Assembly (NCBI GenBank): GCA_013265495.1 | Contig: MU057887.1 | Span: forward strand, 631,985 to 695,984 | Source of the DNA: Vicugna vicugna | Taxonomy: Eukaryota | Direction of reading: 5' to 3' | DNA: 64,000 nucleotides | Shown: positions 1-13,632 of the stretch, one piece after another | Position numbering within the stretch: position 1 is the stretch's first letter | Layout of the letters: every line of letters begins with the position of its first letter | The notes under the pieces: model-generated | The model's input: the letters and a program-made list of their open reading frames with translations, nothing else | Databases searched by the model: none | Told to the model about the DNA's origin: nothing | Program-made: the position numbers and the translations under genes

Positions 1-1329
1 TAAAATGGAGATAGCAGAAACCTTCTTCTTAGGTGGCCTTGGGGCTGAGGGAGAGAACACAGGACGGTGCCTGTCGTGGGAGCTGTATTATTATTATCTG
101 TTATTTGTGTTGTTCCCTTCTTGGAGTAGGACAGTTTAGCTCTACTAAAACTGCATTTCCCCAGCCAGGAGCTGGGAAGGAGGTCTAAGAGGGCCACAGA
201 ACTGGTAGCTGTCAGGTGCCAAAGCCGTGTTGGTGAAGGTCATGCAAAGTGGCCTCAGCTGGCCTCCTTTGGCACTCCATCATCTGTACACTGACATCTG
301 CTGAGGGCCAGCCCCATGCCAGATACTGTTCTAGGTTTTGGAGACATGGCAGGGAGGAAGAGAGACCCTGCCCTTCTGCCCGTGGGGCACATCCCCTGGG
401 AGATCCAGAAAAGTGAACAATTACAAACCAATTCCAACAAGGAGAGACTCAGGGAAGACTTCCTGGAGGAAGCAGCACACACACTGGATGTGAAGGAGCA
501 GAAGGTTGGCTAAGTTTTTGGGGAGGTCTGGGAGTCGAATGGGGAAGGGTGCTCCAGGCAGAGAGAAAAGCATGGGCAAAGGCCCAGAAGGTGAGAAAGA
601 ACATGGGACTTCCCGGGGTTCTGTCTCCTTCCTCATGCTTGGAGAAGACCCCAGTGCCTCGCACCCTCTCCAGCAGCGCGCTCTCGCCTCCATTCCTTTG
701 AAGGTGGGGCTCTGTGAGCAGTGGACGCTGTGGGTGGGGCAGCTTTGCAGGAAAATAGTTCTAATAGGGTATACGAGTATCTTGCCAGTATATTTCATGC
801 AGCAAAATGTTTTTCTTTTTGCAAGACATCAAATTATAACAGTTTTATCAATAAGTGCTTTTGCAGGCTTCATCTGGTTCCAGTTTCCTTGTAATGACCT
901 CAGATGTGGCTAGATAAAACTGGAGGGGGGCATTGCTTATACAACTTTCCCGGGATCAGAGACCCTTCTGTCTAGAGGGGAGCTCAGAGCTCAGAGGGTG
1001 TAGTGTTAAGGTGAAGTCATCCAGCTCGTAGCAGGCTTGGCTGGACCAGAGGCTGTGCCCTGCGGGCCGGCCCTCTTTCCACCGGGCTACCTCCTTTAAC
1101 CCCCAGGCAGGTCCTAACTAGAGGCCAGGGCCGGAGGGAGTCAGCTACCTACGTGTTATCAGGAGGGTCCTTCGTCCACCCACTCAGTGGTGGGGACTAG
1201 GACTCAACCAGAGCTGGGAGGCTGGTCCCAGCTCTGAAAGTGACTTGAGGGGGCTTGAGCAACTCCCACACCCTCTCTGTTCTGTTCCCTTCAGTATGGA
1301 ATGAAAACTCTGCTCTAGGAAATTATTAT

Positions 1330-1445
1330 AATTGAAGTCTCTTACATTTAGTCACTAATTTAATCCTCTCAACAACCCCATGAAGTAGGTACTACTATTA
1401 TTTCCATTTTATAGAAGAATAAACTAAGGCCCAGAGCAGTTACTC
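1330..1445 (-). mobile_element. MIR fragment
   Basis: taatcctctcaacaaccccatgaagtaggtact..ccattttatagaagaataaactaaggc. Confidence 0.7.
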
Positions 1446-2874
1446 CAGCAGGTGACATGATCCAAAAGGATAAACGGGTTCCAGAAAAATACTGTCTCAG
1501 CCTGTTAGCATAAAAATGCTGTGAGAGCTGGCATGTTAAAAACCAGTCCTGGCACCCAGCCCTTGCTCAGGACCCCGGGTAGTAAAAAGAGGACACGGGA
1601 CCCCATACTCCTAACCAGTTGGCCGAACAGCACTCCAACTCCATAAACCAGTGCTGTGTGTACCAGAGGCTCTTTTGAAAAGATGGGCATTTTCCGCGGG
1701 GGGAAGAGGGAGACCCCAGAAGCCAGAGCCATAGTCTGGGCCCTTGAGGGGCTCTCAGCCGGCGTGACGGGAGGCGGCCCCCCCACAAGGTGACGGCACC
1801 TGTCCTGGTTCAGATCCAAGGATGAACCCGTCCTGTGCTGGCTGGTCGTGCAGCCCAGAGTCTGGCCTGACCCTGCCTCTCCCTCTGGTGTGGCCTGAGT
1901 CAGGCCCTCCTCGCTGCTGTCTGGGGTGGGGCTTAGAAGCCCCCCCCCAGGAACCCAAGGTCGAGGTCATAGTGCTCCTCCCACTGCAGGGGGAGGGGTG
2001 CCTGTGGGGTCGGCGGGCTCTGGCTGCGGGATGCTGGAAGCCGTCTGGAACTGTCCTCAAGGTGGAGAGTCACCCCTTTCCTGGCACTTCTGTGAAGGAA
2101 AGTACTCTTGGCGGGTCCTGGGTCCTGGGTCCTGGGTCCTGGGTCCATGCATCAGCAGGGCGGGCCCAGCATCTGAAGAGGACGGTCCTGGAAGTTGTCA
2201 TGTTCCTGCTTAATCTGTTGGGACACTGCCCCCGGCCTTGCCAAGTAACCTTGCCAGAGCGCTGTGCCAACACGGCCAGCGCCAGGAGTCTGGAAACCAG
2301 ATTCCCACCCAGCTCTGTTGCCGACTTCCTGGGGGATCCAAAGCACAGGGCCTCCGGTTACTCCTTCCCGAGGCCAGCGTCCCAGAGCCTTCTTTTCCCC
2401 ACGTGAAGGGTTTGTGATATGCTGTCACCTGCAGGGCCAGCTTCAGGCCACTCAGAGGGGACGCCCCACAGACAGGGTCTGGACCCGCTGGGATCTTACT
2501 CAGGCCCAGAACGGGGTCTGTGACGGGCACTCAGCCAGATCTGGGGAGGACACGGAAACTGCAGGTCAGCTGAGCAGCTCCCTTTACATGGATGGGGAAA
2601 CTGAGGCCCAGAGGGGAAGTGCTTGTCTGAGTTCCCTTAGCTGCTAAGTGGTGCCATTTGTAGGCTGTTTTTCAGTTCTGTTCAGCCGACAGTTCCCAAG
2701 TGTCTCCTGTGAGCCTGGTCTGGCCACTGAGGAGCCGTTTGTCACACATCTGAGTGTCAGCTTGTACCTCCATTTATTCAGCACGCACTCGTTGAGGGGT
2801 CAGGCCTTGGACTAGGTCCCAGGGACACGGGATAAGGGCTAAGGTCCGGGTCCACTCCTGGAGTGTGTGTGCTG

Positions 2875-3270
2875 GTTGAGTCTCCTGTGGCTCTGGACCG
2901 AACTACTGCAACCAAGTGACTTAAAACAAGAGAAATTTCTCTCTCACTGTCCTGGAGGCCAGAAGCCAGACATTCAGGTGTCTGCAGGGCTTTGCTTCCT
3001 CCAGAGGCCTGGGGGAAGACCCGTCCTTGTCCCTTGCAGCTCCTGGTGACTCCAGGAACTCCTCGGCTTGTAACTGCATCACTCCGCCCTCCTCCTCTGT
3101 CTCTCCTTTGGGCGTTTCTAAGGACACTTGTCATGGGACTTAGGGCTCACCTGGATAATACAGGACAGTCTTCATCTTGAGAGCCTTAATTACATCTGCA
3201 AAGACCCTCATTCCAAATAAGGTCACATTCATAGGTTCTAGGGGTCAGGACATGGACAGGTCTCTCTAGG
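2875..3270 (-). mobile_element. MaLR LTR (MLT1-like), approximate bounds
   Basis: Typical motifs acttaaaacaa..ctggaggccagaag..ttaattacatctgcaaagaccct..ccaaataaggtcacattc. Confidence 0.75.
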
Positions 3271-5425
3271 GGCCACGCTGGACCCACTGCACAAACCAGT
3301 GCACTAACAGTAAATGTAGAGACAGATGCACTGACGAGAGGTGTCGAAGGGATCCATGCCGCGACGACACACACCGTGGCAGTGGGACAAGGGTGGCTCT
3401 CGAGTGGGTGGTGAGGCCGGGGATGATGCTTGAGCTCAGATGTGAATGGCAAGGGGCCACCTGTGACAAGCATTTGGGCAAAGGGCACAGCAGGCACCAG
3501 GTGCCTGGGAGGGACCGGAGGAGGGTTTACCGCTGGGGGTAGAATAAAGGGAGGGGAGTGGAGGATGCCTGAGAGGGCGACCGAGGTGGGAGGGGCCAAG
3601 GCAGTCGTGCAGGGCCTTAAAAATTAGGGTGCAGACTGTGAATTTTATCCTAAACCCACTGGGAAGCTGGGGGAGGCTGTTCAGCAGGGGAGTGACGTTA
3701 CCTGACTTTTATTTCTAGAAGTCCCTCTGTTCTGTGTGGTGAAGGGAGTCGAGGATGGAGGTGGAGTAAGCCTGGGAGGGGAGGGGGGGGTCCTGCAGGG
3801 TCCAGGGCCAGTGATGCCCTGGAGGGGTGGTGGTCTGGGGGCTGGGGAAACACGGACAGATCTAGGGCGTCTGGAGGCAGAGTGGACAGGACTTGCTGAG
3901 GGCTTGGGTGTGGAGGGTGAGGGAGACGGAATAATTCAGGCTGACCCAGTTATTTTGGCCCGAGCCTCTGGAGGCACGATGACTGCTAATTACTAAGGCG
4001 GAGAAGCTGGACAGGGGTGGGGGTCCGAGCTGTGCGTGGACACCCTGAGCTTCCTGTGAGGTGTCCAGGTGGAGCCTTGGCTCAGGGGCGAGGCCAGGCT
4101 GTAGGCAGAAATGGGGGCGTCTCCACTCAGAGAGGAGGCTGGACGGGACCACCCGGGGAGGCAGAGGGGGAGGGAGGGAGGAAGGACAAGGGGACCAGGG
4201 GCCACGGGACTGAGCCCTCCCAGGCAGTTTGGTGGGGGAGGAGCAGCACTGCGCCCGCCTCCTCGGGGGTCCCCAGAGCCCTGGCGGGTGGCGGGGATGC
4301 TGCTGGACTGGCTTTCAGGTGCCAGCTGTCACTGGTTTTGTGCTAATGGCTGAGCCAGTGTTTTCTTCTTTTTCCTTTCCCTTTCCTTTTCTCTTCTTCT
4401 TCTGTTTTTTTTTTTTTTTTTTATAAACGTATTTTTCCTTTTGGATTGCATGGCCTGCTGGAGAGAAATGTACTGTGATTGTGCTACCTACATGTGCTTG
4501 TTGCTTTGACATGACTTCTCCCCGCTGCACTGCTCCCACATCATCCAGTATTGGTGTGAGGACCCCAGGCACAGAGAGGCCAGGCAGTGCACTCTGGGGG
4601 CACACAGTTGCTGGGTGGCAGCACCGGGATTCCAACTCGCGCAGCCTGGCTCTCGCATCATATTCTTAAGCAGGACACTGTACGGCCTCACTTCACTTTC
4701 CAACCGAAAAGTCTCCATTCTTCTAAGTCCAGATTCAGGGGGAAGCCAGTCTCCATCGGCGTTTTATGGTGTGTGTGTGTGAGTTTAGAGTCGAGGCTGG
4801 ATTCAGATGCTGCCTCTGTGTTTGTTGCTTGGCCTCCGGCAACTTGCTTTATCCCTTCCTGTCCCCTGGTTCATAAAGTTGCTAGGATCACAGCTAGAGA
4901 TCATTTGTCCGTTCACTCCTTCATAGACATCTACCGCGTGCCTGCTCTGGGGCAGGTGTGCGGCAGGTGCAGAAGGAGATGCCTGCCTAGCCCTCATGGC
5001 ACTAAGTACACACACAGGTAATTGTTTGTGCTAAGTGCTGGGTGGTTCGGGGGAGCAGAGAGACCATGGAAGAGAGGAAGTGCATCTGCCCTGTGTTCCT
5101 GTGTGCGCACACATGTGCATTGGGGTGGGTTAGGGAGGACTTCCCGGAGAAGAGGACCTTTGAACTGGTGTGGGTGTGAGCGAGCTAGCCAGCGGAGAGA
5201 AGTGGACCCGAGACCACGCAGCCTGACGGAGCTTCAGTTTCCAAAGGCCGAGTGCAGGGGACGCGTGGCAGGTGTGCACACAGTCCGAGAGGCGAGAGGA
5301 AAACCAGGGGAGATAGGTCCTACAGGACGGGATGCTATAGTGATGTCAGGGTGGGGTGAGGACGGTCACGAGTCCGCTGACCACCCTCTGCTGACCACCG
5401 CTCACTGAGCTGTACCCTACCCCCC

Positions 5426-5549
5426 TTTTGTGGGGGGGTGGTAGTTTAGGTCTATTTATTTACTTATTTTTTAACAGACGTACTGGGGATTGAACCTAGG
5501 ACCTCATGCATGCTAAGCACACACTCTACCACTGAGCTATACCCTCCCC
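5426..5549 (-). mobile_element. tRNA-Ala-derived SINE (camelid Vic-1-like)
   Basis: Reverse strand reads GGGGAGGGTATAGCTCAGTGGTAGAG...GGTTCAATCCCCAGTAC plus A-rich tail; A and B boxes present. Confidence 0.9.
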
Positions 5550-5859
5550 TGCCCCTTTTTAGCTTTTAAAATCATCTTTATTTTGGTTGCAAAGTTACAA
5601 TTTACTTTGTTCATTAGCATTTTCACCATTCGCATTTGAGGTCTCCTAGCTTGCCATGGAAAACATTGCATTCACTGCCAAGGTGGTATACAAGAACATT
5701 CTAAAATACAACTTGAGCAGGTTAATCCTCCTTACCAGTATTCAGATTAGTGCATTAAAACAACATCGACTGGAAACAGCAGGTGACTTCATTGGTAGAA
5801 CATCCAATTCCTTTCCTAATGAAAGGCGGTACAAAGTTGTACACAAACACTCAGTTTTT

Positions 5860-6155
5860 TAAATGCCTTTTTAAAATTCGCAAAACATAAAATCGACCAT
5901 TTTAACCGTCTTGAAGTGCACAGGTCAGTGGCATTAACACACTCACACTGTTGTGCAACCATCACCACCATCCATCTCCAGAACTTTCTCATCTTCCCAA
6001 GTGGAAACTCTGTCCCCAGTAAACACTTACCCCCTCCCCCAGCCCTTGGCACCCAGCATTCCACTTTCTGTCTTGATGGATTTGACTGTTCTCAGGACCT
6101 CATGTAAGTGGAATCATTTGTTTGTTCTTTTGTGACTGGTTTACTTCACTTAGTG
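5860..6155 (-). mobile_element. Old L1 (L1MB-like) 3' UTR fragment
   Basis: gtggcatt..cactgttgtgcaaccatcaccaccatccatctccagaactt..gtggaatca..tgtgactgg. Confidence 0.8.
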
Positions 6156-9100
6156 TCATGTGGTCAACAGCACACATTCAAAAGAAGTGTTAGGTGTAAT
6201 GGGTGCCCAGTTGTCAAAAACAACAATCAATGGAGAGTTACATCCCCAAAGTGATTTTAACTCAAGGATGCATATATACCCATTGTTCTTCAGGACATCA
6301 AAGAAAGTAAATAATCGTCCACAAAACCAACTGTCATCCTCAGCACGGTGTTCATAGAACAGCCAACTTGGAATCTTAAGAATCTGAACCCAAGATTGAC
6401 AAAGGAAGGCATTCAGCCCAGAACTGTTTGTCCCGATAGTGAAATATCAGAGGTGACGCCAGGAAAGGGGGAACGGGTTAGAGCTGATACTTCTACTCGA
6501 CGGTGTGACGCGGTGGCTTAGAAAGGAATTTAAGGGGCCAAAGGGGTGAGAGGTGGTGAATGAATGGAAGGGCCGTCTTGGCGAGGATCACCACACATCA
6601 GGCTGTTTGTCAGCATGAGGACAGAGATGTCTGCTCTGACCTCTGCCTCGTCACTGTCTAGCCTGGCCATGGTCCCCGGTGGATGCCCCATGGCCTCGCT
6701 GATGGGCTGTGTGGGAACAGCCCCTTGGCTGGTGGGGGCGCCTCCCACGCAAGGAGGGGCCGCTGACCCCGGCCGCTGGGAGGCTCCGCTTTGCATGAGT
6801 CCCAGCTTTGTGGCTGCTTGGAGCGTTCCAGAGACATTCCAGGTTTCTGGACTGAGCAAAGGACTTAACATTTTATTGTCCTGCTGAGAATAAGGTTCAA
6901 AGTGCTCAAGGCTCCCCAGCAGGAATCATTTCCATGTGTTTCTACAGCACAGGGCACGAGGTGCCCCGCCTACTGAGCTGGCTGCCGGCGTCTGGCTCAG
7001 AGCCGGGGGAGGCGCAGGGGCTGCCCCCGTCCCTGGGCCACTCTGACCCCACGGTGGGGCCGTGGCTCCCCCATTTCTCATGGGCCATGGCAAGCCAATC
7101 TCCCTTGTTCCTTTCCCACTGTTTGGTTGCTGTAATCTAGCCGCTGTTTACTGGAGCTCATGATGTGCTCAGAACTTTGTAAGGAAGGTATCCTATGGCT
7201 CAGAGAGGGGAAGTAGCCTGCCCGAGGTCACAGAGCAAGAAAGCGCTGGAGGTGGGATGGGAGCCCAGGGCTGTCTGGCCCAGAAGCTGACTCTCTTTCT
7301 GCTCCACTCTGTAGCTGCCTGGTGCCAGCTTTGTGCTGAGGTCTGAGAGGACAGGAGACTGGCCAGCTCATGTGCAGGGGTAGGGCAGGACAGAGTGTTG
7401 GGAAGTGTGATTTTACCCCAGACCAGGCTGCAGGAGTGGGTGAGAGACTAGAGGTGGGTGGACGAGGGAAGGAGAGAGGCTGTGAGAAGCCATGAGGGGT
7501 GAGACCCTGGGCAGGAGAGCTGAGGGGGCCTGGCTGGAGTTGGGGTGAAGCGGGAGCTGGGGCAGCACAGGGGACATCAGTCTCTGTCTCAGGCCACGTG
7601 TCTGGGCCCCAGTCATCCGGCGGGTGGACCACGAGGCATGTTTATCTCTGGCAAGAGATGTCCTGCGATTTGTGATTGGAGCAAGAGTGACCAAACGAAT
7701 GAGTGGGAGCCTTCGCGGTCACCCCCGTTAGCCATCCTTTGTGATGGGCCTCCACGTTTGGTGCTGGGAAGCCCATGACATTGATCTTATCTGAGCCTCA
7801 TCCCCTGGTGACTCCCACACGTTCACCAGACAGCTTTGTTGGGGGACAGCTAGGGTGGGGACCAGCCGAACAGCCAGGTTGTAGTGGACGGGCAGGCTTT
7901 GCTGTGGGGTGGACCGTTATCCTTAACCAGACCACCCTGGACTTTCTCTGCCAGCCTGTGGCGGCTGTGACAGTGAGGATGGGGCAGGTACACCTTCTGC
8001 TCAGGGTTCCCGGAAGCCCTGGGGCAGGGAGGTTGTCGTTGTCGGGGAACTTGGCGAGGCCCTTCCTCCTCCTGGCCTCAGCTCCTCAGCCTGGCACTGA
8101 CGGTGCCCGTCGGGCTCTTTCTGGAGGTGACGATTGTTGCCACAGAGCATTAAAGGACACAGCGTTCCGGGTTCAGGTTGTCTGCAGAGTTGCTCAAGGT
8201 GGCTGCTGACAGATCCTCTAAGCTGGTGTTTCAGGACACATGGGCCTCGTGCTGAGCCCAGGAGTGACCCTCTTCTGAGGCCGCCCCTCCAAGGGCTGAG
8301 CCTTGGAAGAGGAATGAGTTCAAACAAAACACCCAAGGCCCTTGGTGCCAAGAAACTTGGCCAAGCCCCGTGGGGTTTACCCCGTGGAGCGCTGGGAAGC
8401 CAGCAGTGCGGAAACGTGGTGCTCCGTAAAGCCGTCTTTGAAATGTCCCACCGAGAGGTGACCTCCTGCCCCGGTGCAGGGGGCCTTGCTCTAAATGCCT
8501 CCTCCAGGCCGCGGGAGGAACTCGTGCTGAGGGCGCCTTGGTACCTGGCTGCTCCTCCCTGCAGAATGGTGGGGTCCTGTCCTTCCTGTGGGCCGAGGGG
8601 CCCGGCGGGGCCGAGCGCTGGGCTGGGGGCTGGTGGCCCGGTTCCCGGTGCAGCCGTGAGGGCGTGGGTGCGCCGGCTCCTCCACCCCCTGAGCCTTCCA
8701 TCTTTCCTTTCTGTAAGCGAAGCTGTGGTCTTTTGGCAAATCAAGGGCAGAGACCATCGGCAGGCCTTTTCCTCACCTGTCTGATGAGGACTGATGCTTC
8801 CCCAGCAAGCGGCCACGACGAAAAAGTGAGAGCGCTGAGTGGGGCCCAGAAACACCGGCGCCCTGCTTCCCGCCCGAGCGGCTGGCTGCGTTTGAGGCCC
8901 CGCACTTCCGTTCCCTCCTCTGCCTCCGGCTGAGGCGGCACCTCTCCCTGGCATCGCTCTCCACTCGCCAGGCTGGGTCCCCACTTCCCAGGGAAGCCTT
9001 CCCTGGTTGTCCCAGTGTTTGGTGCCAGCTCTGCTCGGAATCTCCAGGCCTCCCCAGTTCGTGCTGTGTCCTGGACATGCTGCCCTCTGGGCTGGACGGC

Positions 9101-9542
9101 AGCTCGGACAGGCTGTGATCAGGAGCACCTGTCTGTCTTGCCCTCTGGACTGTGAAGGCAGGGAACCCCATCCGGGCAGGCCCCATCTGAGTTGCTGGCT
9201 TCTGGCCAGTGCAGGGACCCCGGGGGCCCCGTCAGAATTGGGTTTGGAAGACAGTAGCTGAGGTTTTGGGCCTTTCTAGAAGGAGCAGGGTGTGTGCTCC
9301 CAGCCCGAGATCAGCGGAGTTTTCTGTTCGCGTTTGTTGAGTGACTAAAGGAGCGGTATGCCATGCCTTCTCAGACCTGGCCTGATGCTGTAGAGGAGAC
9401 CTAAGGAAGCGGGGTGCAGATGGTGCAGCTGGCAGCGGGAGCCCCGGGCCACCCGAGGGAGACTGTGTATCAAAGGGGACCTTCGGTGGCGGGGCGTGGT
9501 GAGTCACTTGCCATCAGTCACCCCATTTTCTTCCCTGCACAG

Positions 9543-9648
9543 CGGACACAGAGGTCCCCATGGAGGCTTGCTGTGCAGATGGACATCGAATGGCCACTCA
9601 GCACAGGGACTGCTCGCTGCCGTATGCCTCGGAATCCAAGGAATGCAG
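9543..9648 (+). CDS. FBLN1: FBLN1 exon 2 (106 nt), anaphylatoxin-like 1: [35 protein letters not shown]
   Basis: ttttcttccctgcacag| acceptor, AG|gtacgt donor; CC motif; phase 1 to 2. Confidence 0.95.
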
Positions 9649-11052
9649 GTACGTTTGCCAGTGGCCTCTGTTTTACCAGAATGGTGTTCCTTTAGACAAA
9701 AGCAGGGGAGGAAAGGACAGTGGGTACCCGGCCTTTCCCCTTGGGAGAGGCCAGGAACCCCAGGTCAGATCTACCCAGGCCATGAGAGGTGCTGTAGGCC
9801 GGGACCCCTGCCTCCCTCTTCTGTGCTCCCACGGTCCTCGTGTGGGACTCGGCTCACCCTTCCCTGGCTGCCCTGGCATTGTCAGGGCCTCTGACATCTC
9901 ACTGGGCTGCATGCAAGGAGATCTGGGTTTGCAGCCCTCAGTGCCACAGCTGGCCACTGTGACCACGTCGCCCGAAAAGGGGGTGATTATTGGGGGCAGA
10001 TGAGATCATGTGACCATAAGTGCTTTGCAAGTAAAAGCATGGGGCCACCTCCAGACCCCGGAAACCCAGATGAGCCAGTCTCAGAGCAAAAGTCCTGCCA
10101 GATAGCTGTCTGCTTGAGGCAGTAGCCAACATCTGGGTCAGCTGTTCTTATTCCAGTCTCTCCCCTACATTGACCCCAGCGCCCTCAAAGTTATAGGAGA
10201 CTGTCAGCTCCGAATCAATGATAAAGATCTGTGATGGCGGTCGTCACCATGGAAATCACAGCGAGCCTTTATGAAGCTCCCACTTTGTGCTCTGTACTCC
10301 CGTTTAACCCTGTTACTGGTCCCACCTACAGACGAGGAGACTGAGCGTTCCCCAGTCCACACAGCTGGCAGGTGATGGTGTTAGGACCTGGACCCAGATC
10401 TGCTTGCCTGGGGAGCAGAGGGTGTGAACGCGTTCCATCACTTGACATCCATTCATTTTCTCTGCCTCACATCCGAGTCTGAGCAGCTCTGACACTTGGA
10501 ACTGCAGGTTGCCGGCGAGAGCTGCCCCAGGAAGAAAGTGCAGGAAAGACTCGGTCGCTTCACTCTGGAGTTTTGCGTTTGTGTTGGCACCGAGCTGAGG
10601 CTGCTGCCTGCCAGCCGTGACAGAGGATGTAAATCTCAATTTAGGAAATTCTTGAAAAGTCAAAAGCACTATAGAGCAAACAAAGGAAGAGGAGACAGGG
10701 CACCCAGACTGTCTGACTTGACTGGGGGACCACGCCTTTGGGATTTACGGCGCATCTGATGAGTGGGAGCTGGGGCTTTGGCTCCGGAGCGCGGCTTCGT
10801 GCTAGGAATGTCAGAGGGCGGCTGGCAGTTCCGGAGCCAAGCTGAGCGGTCAGTGCCAAGCGTTCTGCTTACAGACAGCGCCCAGAGAGGCAGCCAGGCC
10901 CCCGGGAGCCACCCAGGCTGGATTTCTGGCTGTGTGGTGTGAGCCACAGTTTCCCCAAATGAAGAAAGAGGACAGGGATGTCTTCCTTTCAGGTTTGTGA
11001 CAGTGACAGAGGTGAGCAAAGAAGCCAGCACCTAGAGGCCAGGCAGCGGGGA

Positions 11053-11425
11053 TGTATTTGTCTGCTCTGGCCGCCCTAACAGAGGCCTCAGCCCGGGTGG
11101 CTTAAGCCACAGACGTTTATTGCCTCACGTCTGGAGGACAGGAGTCTGGGATCGAGATGTTTGCAGGGCTGGCTTCTCCTGAGGCCTCTCTCCTGGCTTG
11201 TACACGCCACCTTCTCCCTGCGTCCTCACACGGTCCCCCTCGCTGTGTGTGTCTGTGTCCTAACCTCTTCTTAGGGGACACAGTCAGATAGCATTAGGCC
11301 CACCCTAATGACCATTTCACGTTAATTACCTCTTTAAAGACCCAATCTCCAAACTGGGTACTGGGTACTGGGGTCAGAACGTCAACATGGAGTTGCAGGG
11401 AGGGGGGCTGCAATTCAACGGTAAC
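11053..11425 (-). mobile_element. MaLR LTR (MLT1-like), approximate bounds
   Basis: ggtggcttaa..ctgaggcctctctcctggcttgta..ttaattacctctttaaagaccc. Confidence 0.75.
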
Positions 11426-11600
11426 TTACAATCAAGGACTTACAAAGTGAGGCATCAGTCAGCTGAACCCCTCAAGCAGCTGGAGGCACTGAGGTCGGAG
11501 ACGCAGGGGCTTCTGGGCCCTACTTGTGAACTTGGATTTTAGTCAGGATCAAGTCTATTACTGACTTCTACTCACCAATGTCTTTGCTAAGTTATGGCAG

Positions 11601-11744
11601 TTTTTGTTTTTTTTTGGCATGGGGAGAAATAATTAGATAAATAATTAATTTGTTTATTTGTTTATTTAATGGAGATCCTGGGGATTGAACCCAGGACCTC
11701 GTGCATGCTAAGCAAGCGCTCTACCACGGAGCTGTGCCCTCCCC
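11601..11744 (-). mobile_element. tRNA-derived SINE (Vic-1-like)
   Basis: Same head and A-rich tail on the reverse strand. Confidence 0.9.
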
Positions 11745-12669
11745 ACGGAGTTTTCTTTAATCCCAGTGAGCCCCAGACCTTATAGAAGCTACCTGCTCGG
11801 CCATGCAGCAGGCATTCGTGCTGTGATCTACATCTGAGGCAGAGGTACATTTCAAACATGCATTAGGCAATTTCCTGAAATGTAAGTCATATCATTATGA
11901 ATGGCCAAGAGGGAATTCCTTCTCTCTTTTTGGGAAATGTGAGTGCCAGTCCAGGCTCCTCCTGACCCCGACTTGTTCCTGGTGGTGCATTCTAGTCTTA
12001 ACCAAGGGCCAACATTTCTTAGGATCCAAATATAAATTTGCCTAAAACCTTGGACTGAATTGAGCCCACGTGTCTCTTGGAGGAATTTGGACACACACAG
12101 AGCCAAAACCTTAAGAGGTCCTGGGGCTGATGTATTTCAGTCTGGCGGACCCTCTCTGAACCCCTTCGTTTATTTATTTCACAAATAGTATTGAGGGCAT
12201 CCCGGATGAGATGGGGATAAGTCAGGGAACAAAACAGGGGGAATCTCTTCTACGGAGGGTACGGGTGCTGACAGAGTAGGGGAAGTCTGCGGTTTGGAAG
12301 AAGGCACCAGGTGTCACGGGAAAGGAAAAGCCAGGGACAAGAGGCAGGGCTCCTGATCAGGACAGGTTTACAATTTTAGATGCAGCTGTTCGTGGGTGCC
12401 TTGCTAAGAACGGGCGTCTGAGCTGGGACCTGAAGGAGGTGAGCGAGCCAGGCAGGTGGACGCGAGGTCACTTGCTCAAGTTGAAGGGCAGCTCGGGCAG
12501 CTCTCAGGACGCCCAGCACCCGTCCAACCCCACCAGGACAGAGCTGAGTAGCTACCACCCCAGAAGCCCCCTTGTTGTGGGAGGCTGTACTTGCCACCAG
12601 GCCATTCCTCTCTCTGTCCTTGAAGCCTCTGCACGGGCCTGGCTGGCACACAATAGGGCTGCAGCCAAT

Positions 12670-13020
12670 CTTTTAAAAGATTGCAGCAAAATATACATAA
12701 TATGAATTTTACCATCTTGCCCATTTTTAGGTGTACAGTTCAATACGTTACATCACTCTATTATAGCTATCCCCACCATCCACCTCCAGAACTTTCCACC
12801 TTCCCAAAAGGAAACTCCATACCGGAGAAACAATTACCTACCCCCTAACCCAGCCCACCCCTCTATCTTCTGTCTCTATGAATTTGACTCCTCTGGGTCC
12901 CTCATATAAGTGGAATCACAGTATTTGTTCTTTTGTGACTGGCGTGTTTCACTTAGCGATTGGTCCTCTGGGTTTATCTGGGCTGTAATGTGCGTCAGGA
13001 TTTCCTCCCTTGTCAAGGTG
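12670..13020 (-). mobile_element. Old L1 (L1MB-like) 3' UTR fragment
   Basis: Same motifs as 5860-6155; abuts a younger L1 fragment. Confidence 0.75.
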
Positions 13021-13026
13021 GAACCC

Positions 13027-13530
13027 TTTATTTTTATTGAAGTCTAGTCAGTTTACAATGCTGTGTCAATTTCTGGTGTACAGCATCATGTTTGTCATAC
13101 ATATGCATACATATATCCATTTTCATATTCTTTTTCATTATAGGTTACTACAAGATGTTGAATCTAGTTCCCTGTGCTCTACAGTCGGACCTTGTGGCTT
13201 ATTTCATGTATAGTAGTGTGTATCTGCAAATCTTGAACTCCCAGTTTATCCCTCCCCACCCCCTTCCTCCCTGGTAACCATGAGCTTGTTTTCTGTTTAT
13301 GAGTCTGTCTCTGTTTTGTAAAGAAGTGCATTTGTGTCTTTTTTTTTTTTTAGATTCCACATATGAGTGATATCACATGGTATTTTTCTTTCTCTTTCTG
13401 ACTTACTTCACTTGGAATGGCAGTCTCTAGGTCCATCCCTGTTGCTGCAAATGGCACGATTTTATTCTTTTTCATGGCTGAGTAGTATTCCATGGTATCT
13501 ATTTACCACAACTTCTTCATCCAGTCATCT
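13027..13530 (-). mobile_element. Younger lineage-specific L1 3' end
   Basis: ttattgaagtctagtcagtttacaatg..ttagattccacatatgagtgatatca..ggctgagtagtattcc; reverse-complement relative of 49878-50093. Confidence 0.85.
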
Positions 13531-13559
13531 TAAACATAACTTTTATATACACTAATAAG

Positions 13560-13632
13560 CCAAAAGATTCATGTGACTCATTTTATTGTGGTGGTCTGGA
13601 ACCAAACCTGCAACACCTCCGAGGTCTGCCTG
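13560..13632. mobile_element. Tigger1-like DNA transposon terminal fragment
   Basis: tttattgtggtggtctggaaccaaacctgcaacacctccgaggtctgcctg followed by TA. Confidence 0.7.

Noticed and set aside
2113..2146. (GGGTCCT)n heptamer, and 20-bp tandem duplications near 21897-21939 and 62964-63010
   Set aside because: Short slippage repeats in deep intron with no evident link to splice or regulatory sites.
8001..9128. 375-aa minus-strand ORF and overlapping 216-aa plus-strand ORF
   Set aside because: Pro/Gly/Arg/Ala-rich with no recognisable domain; expected by chance in GC-rich DNA.
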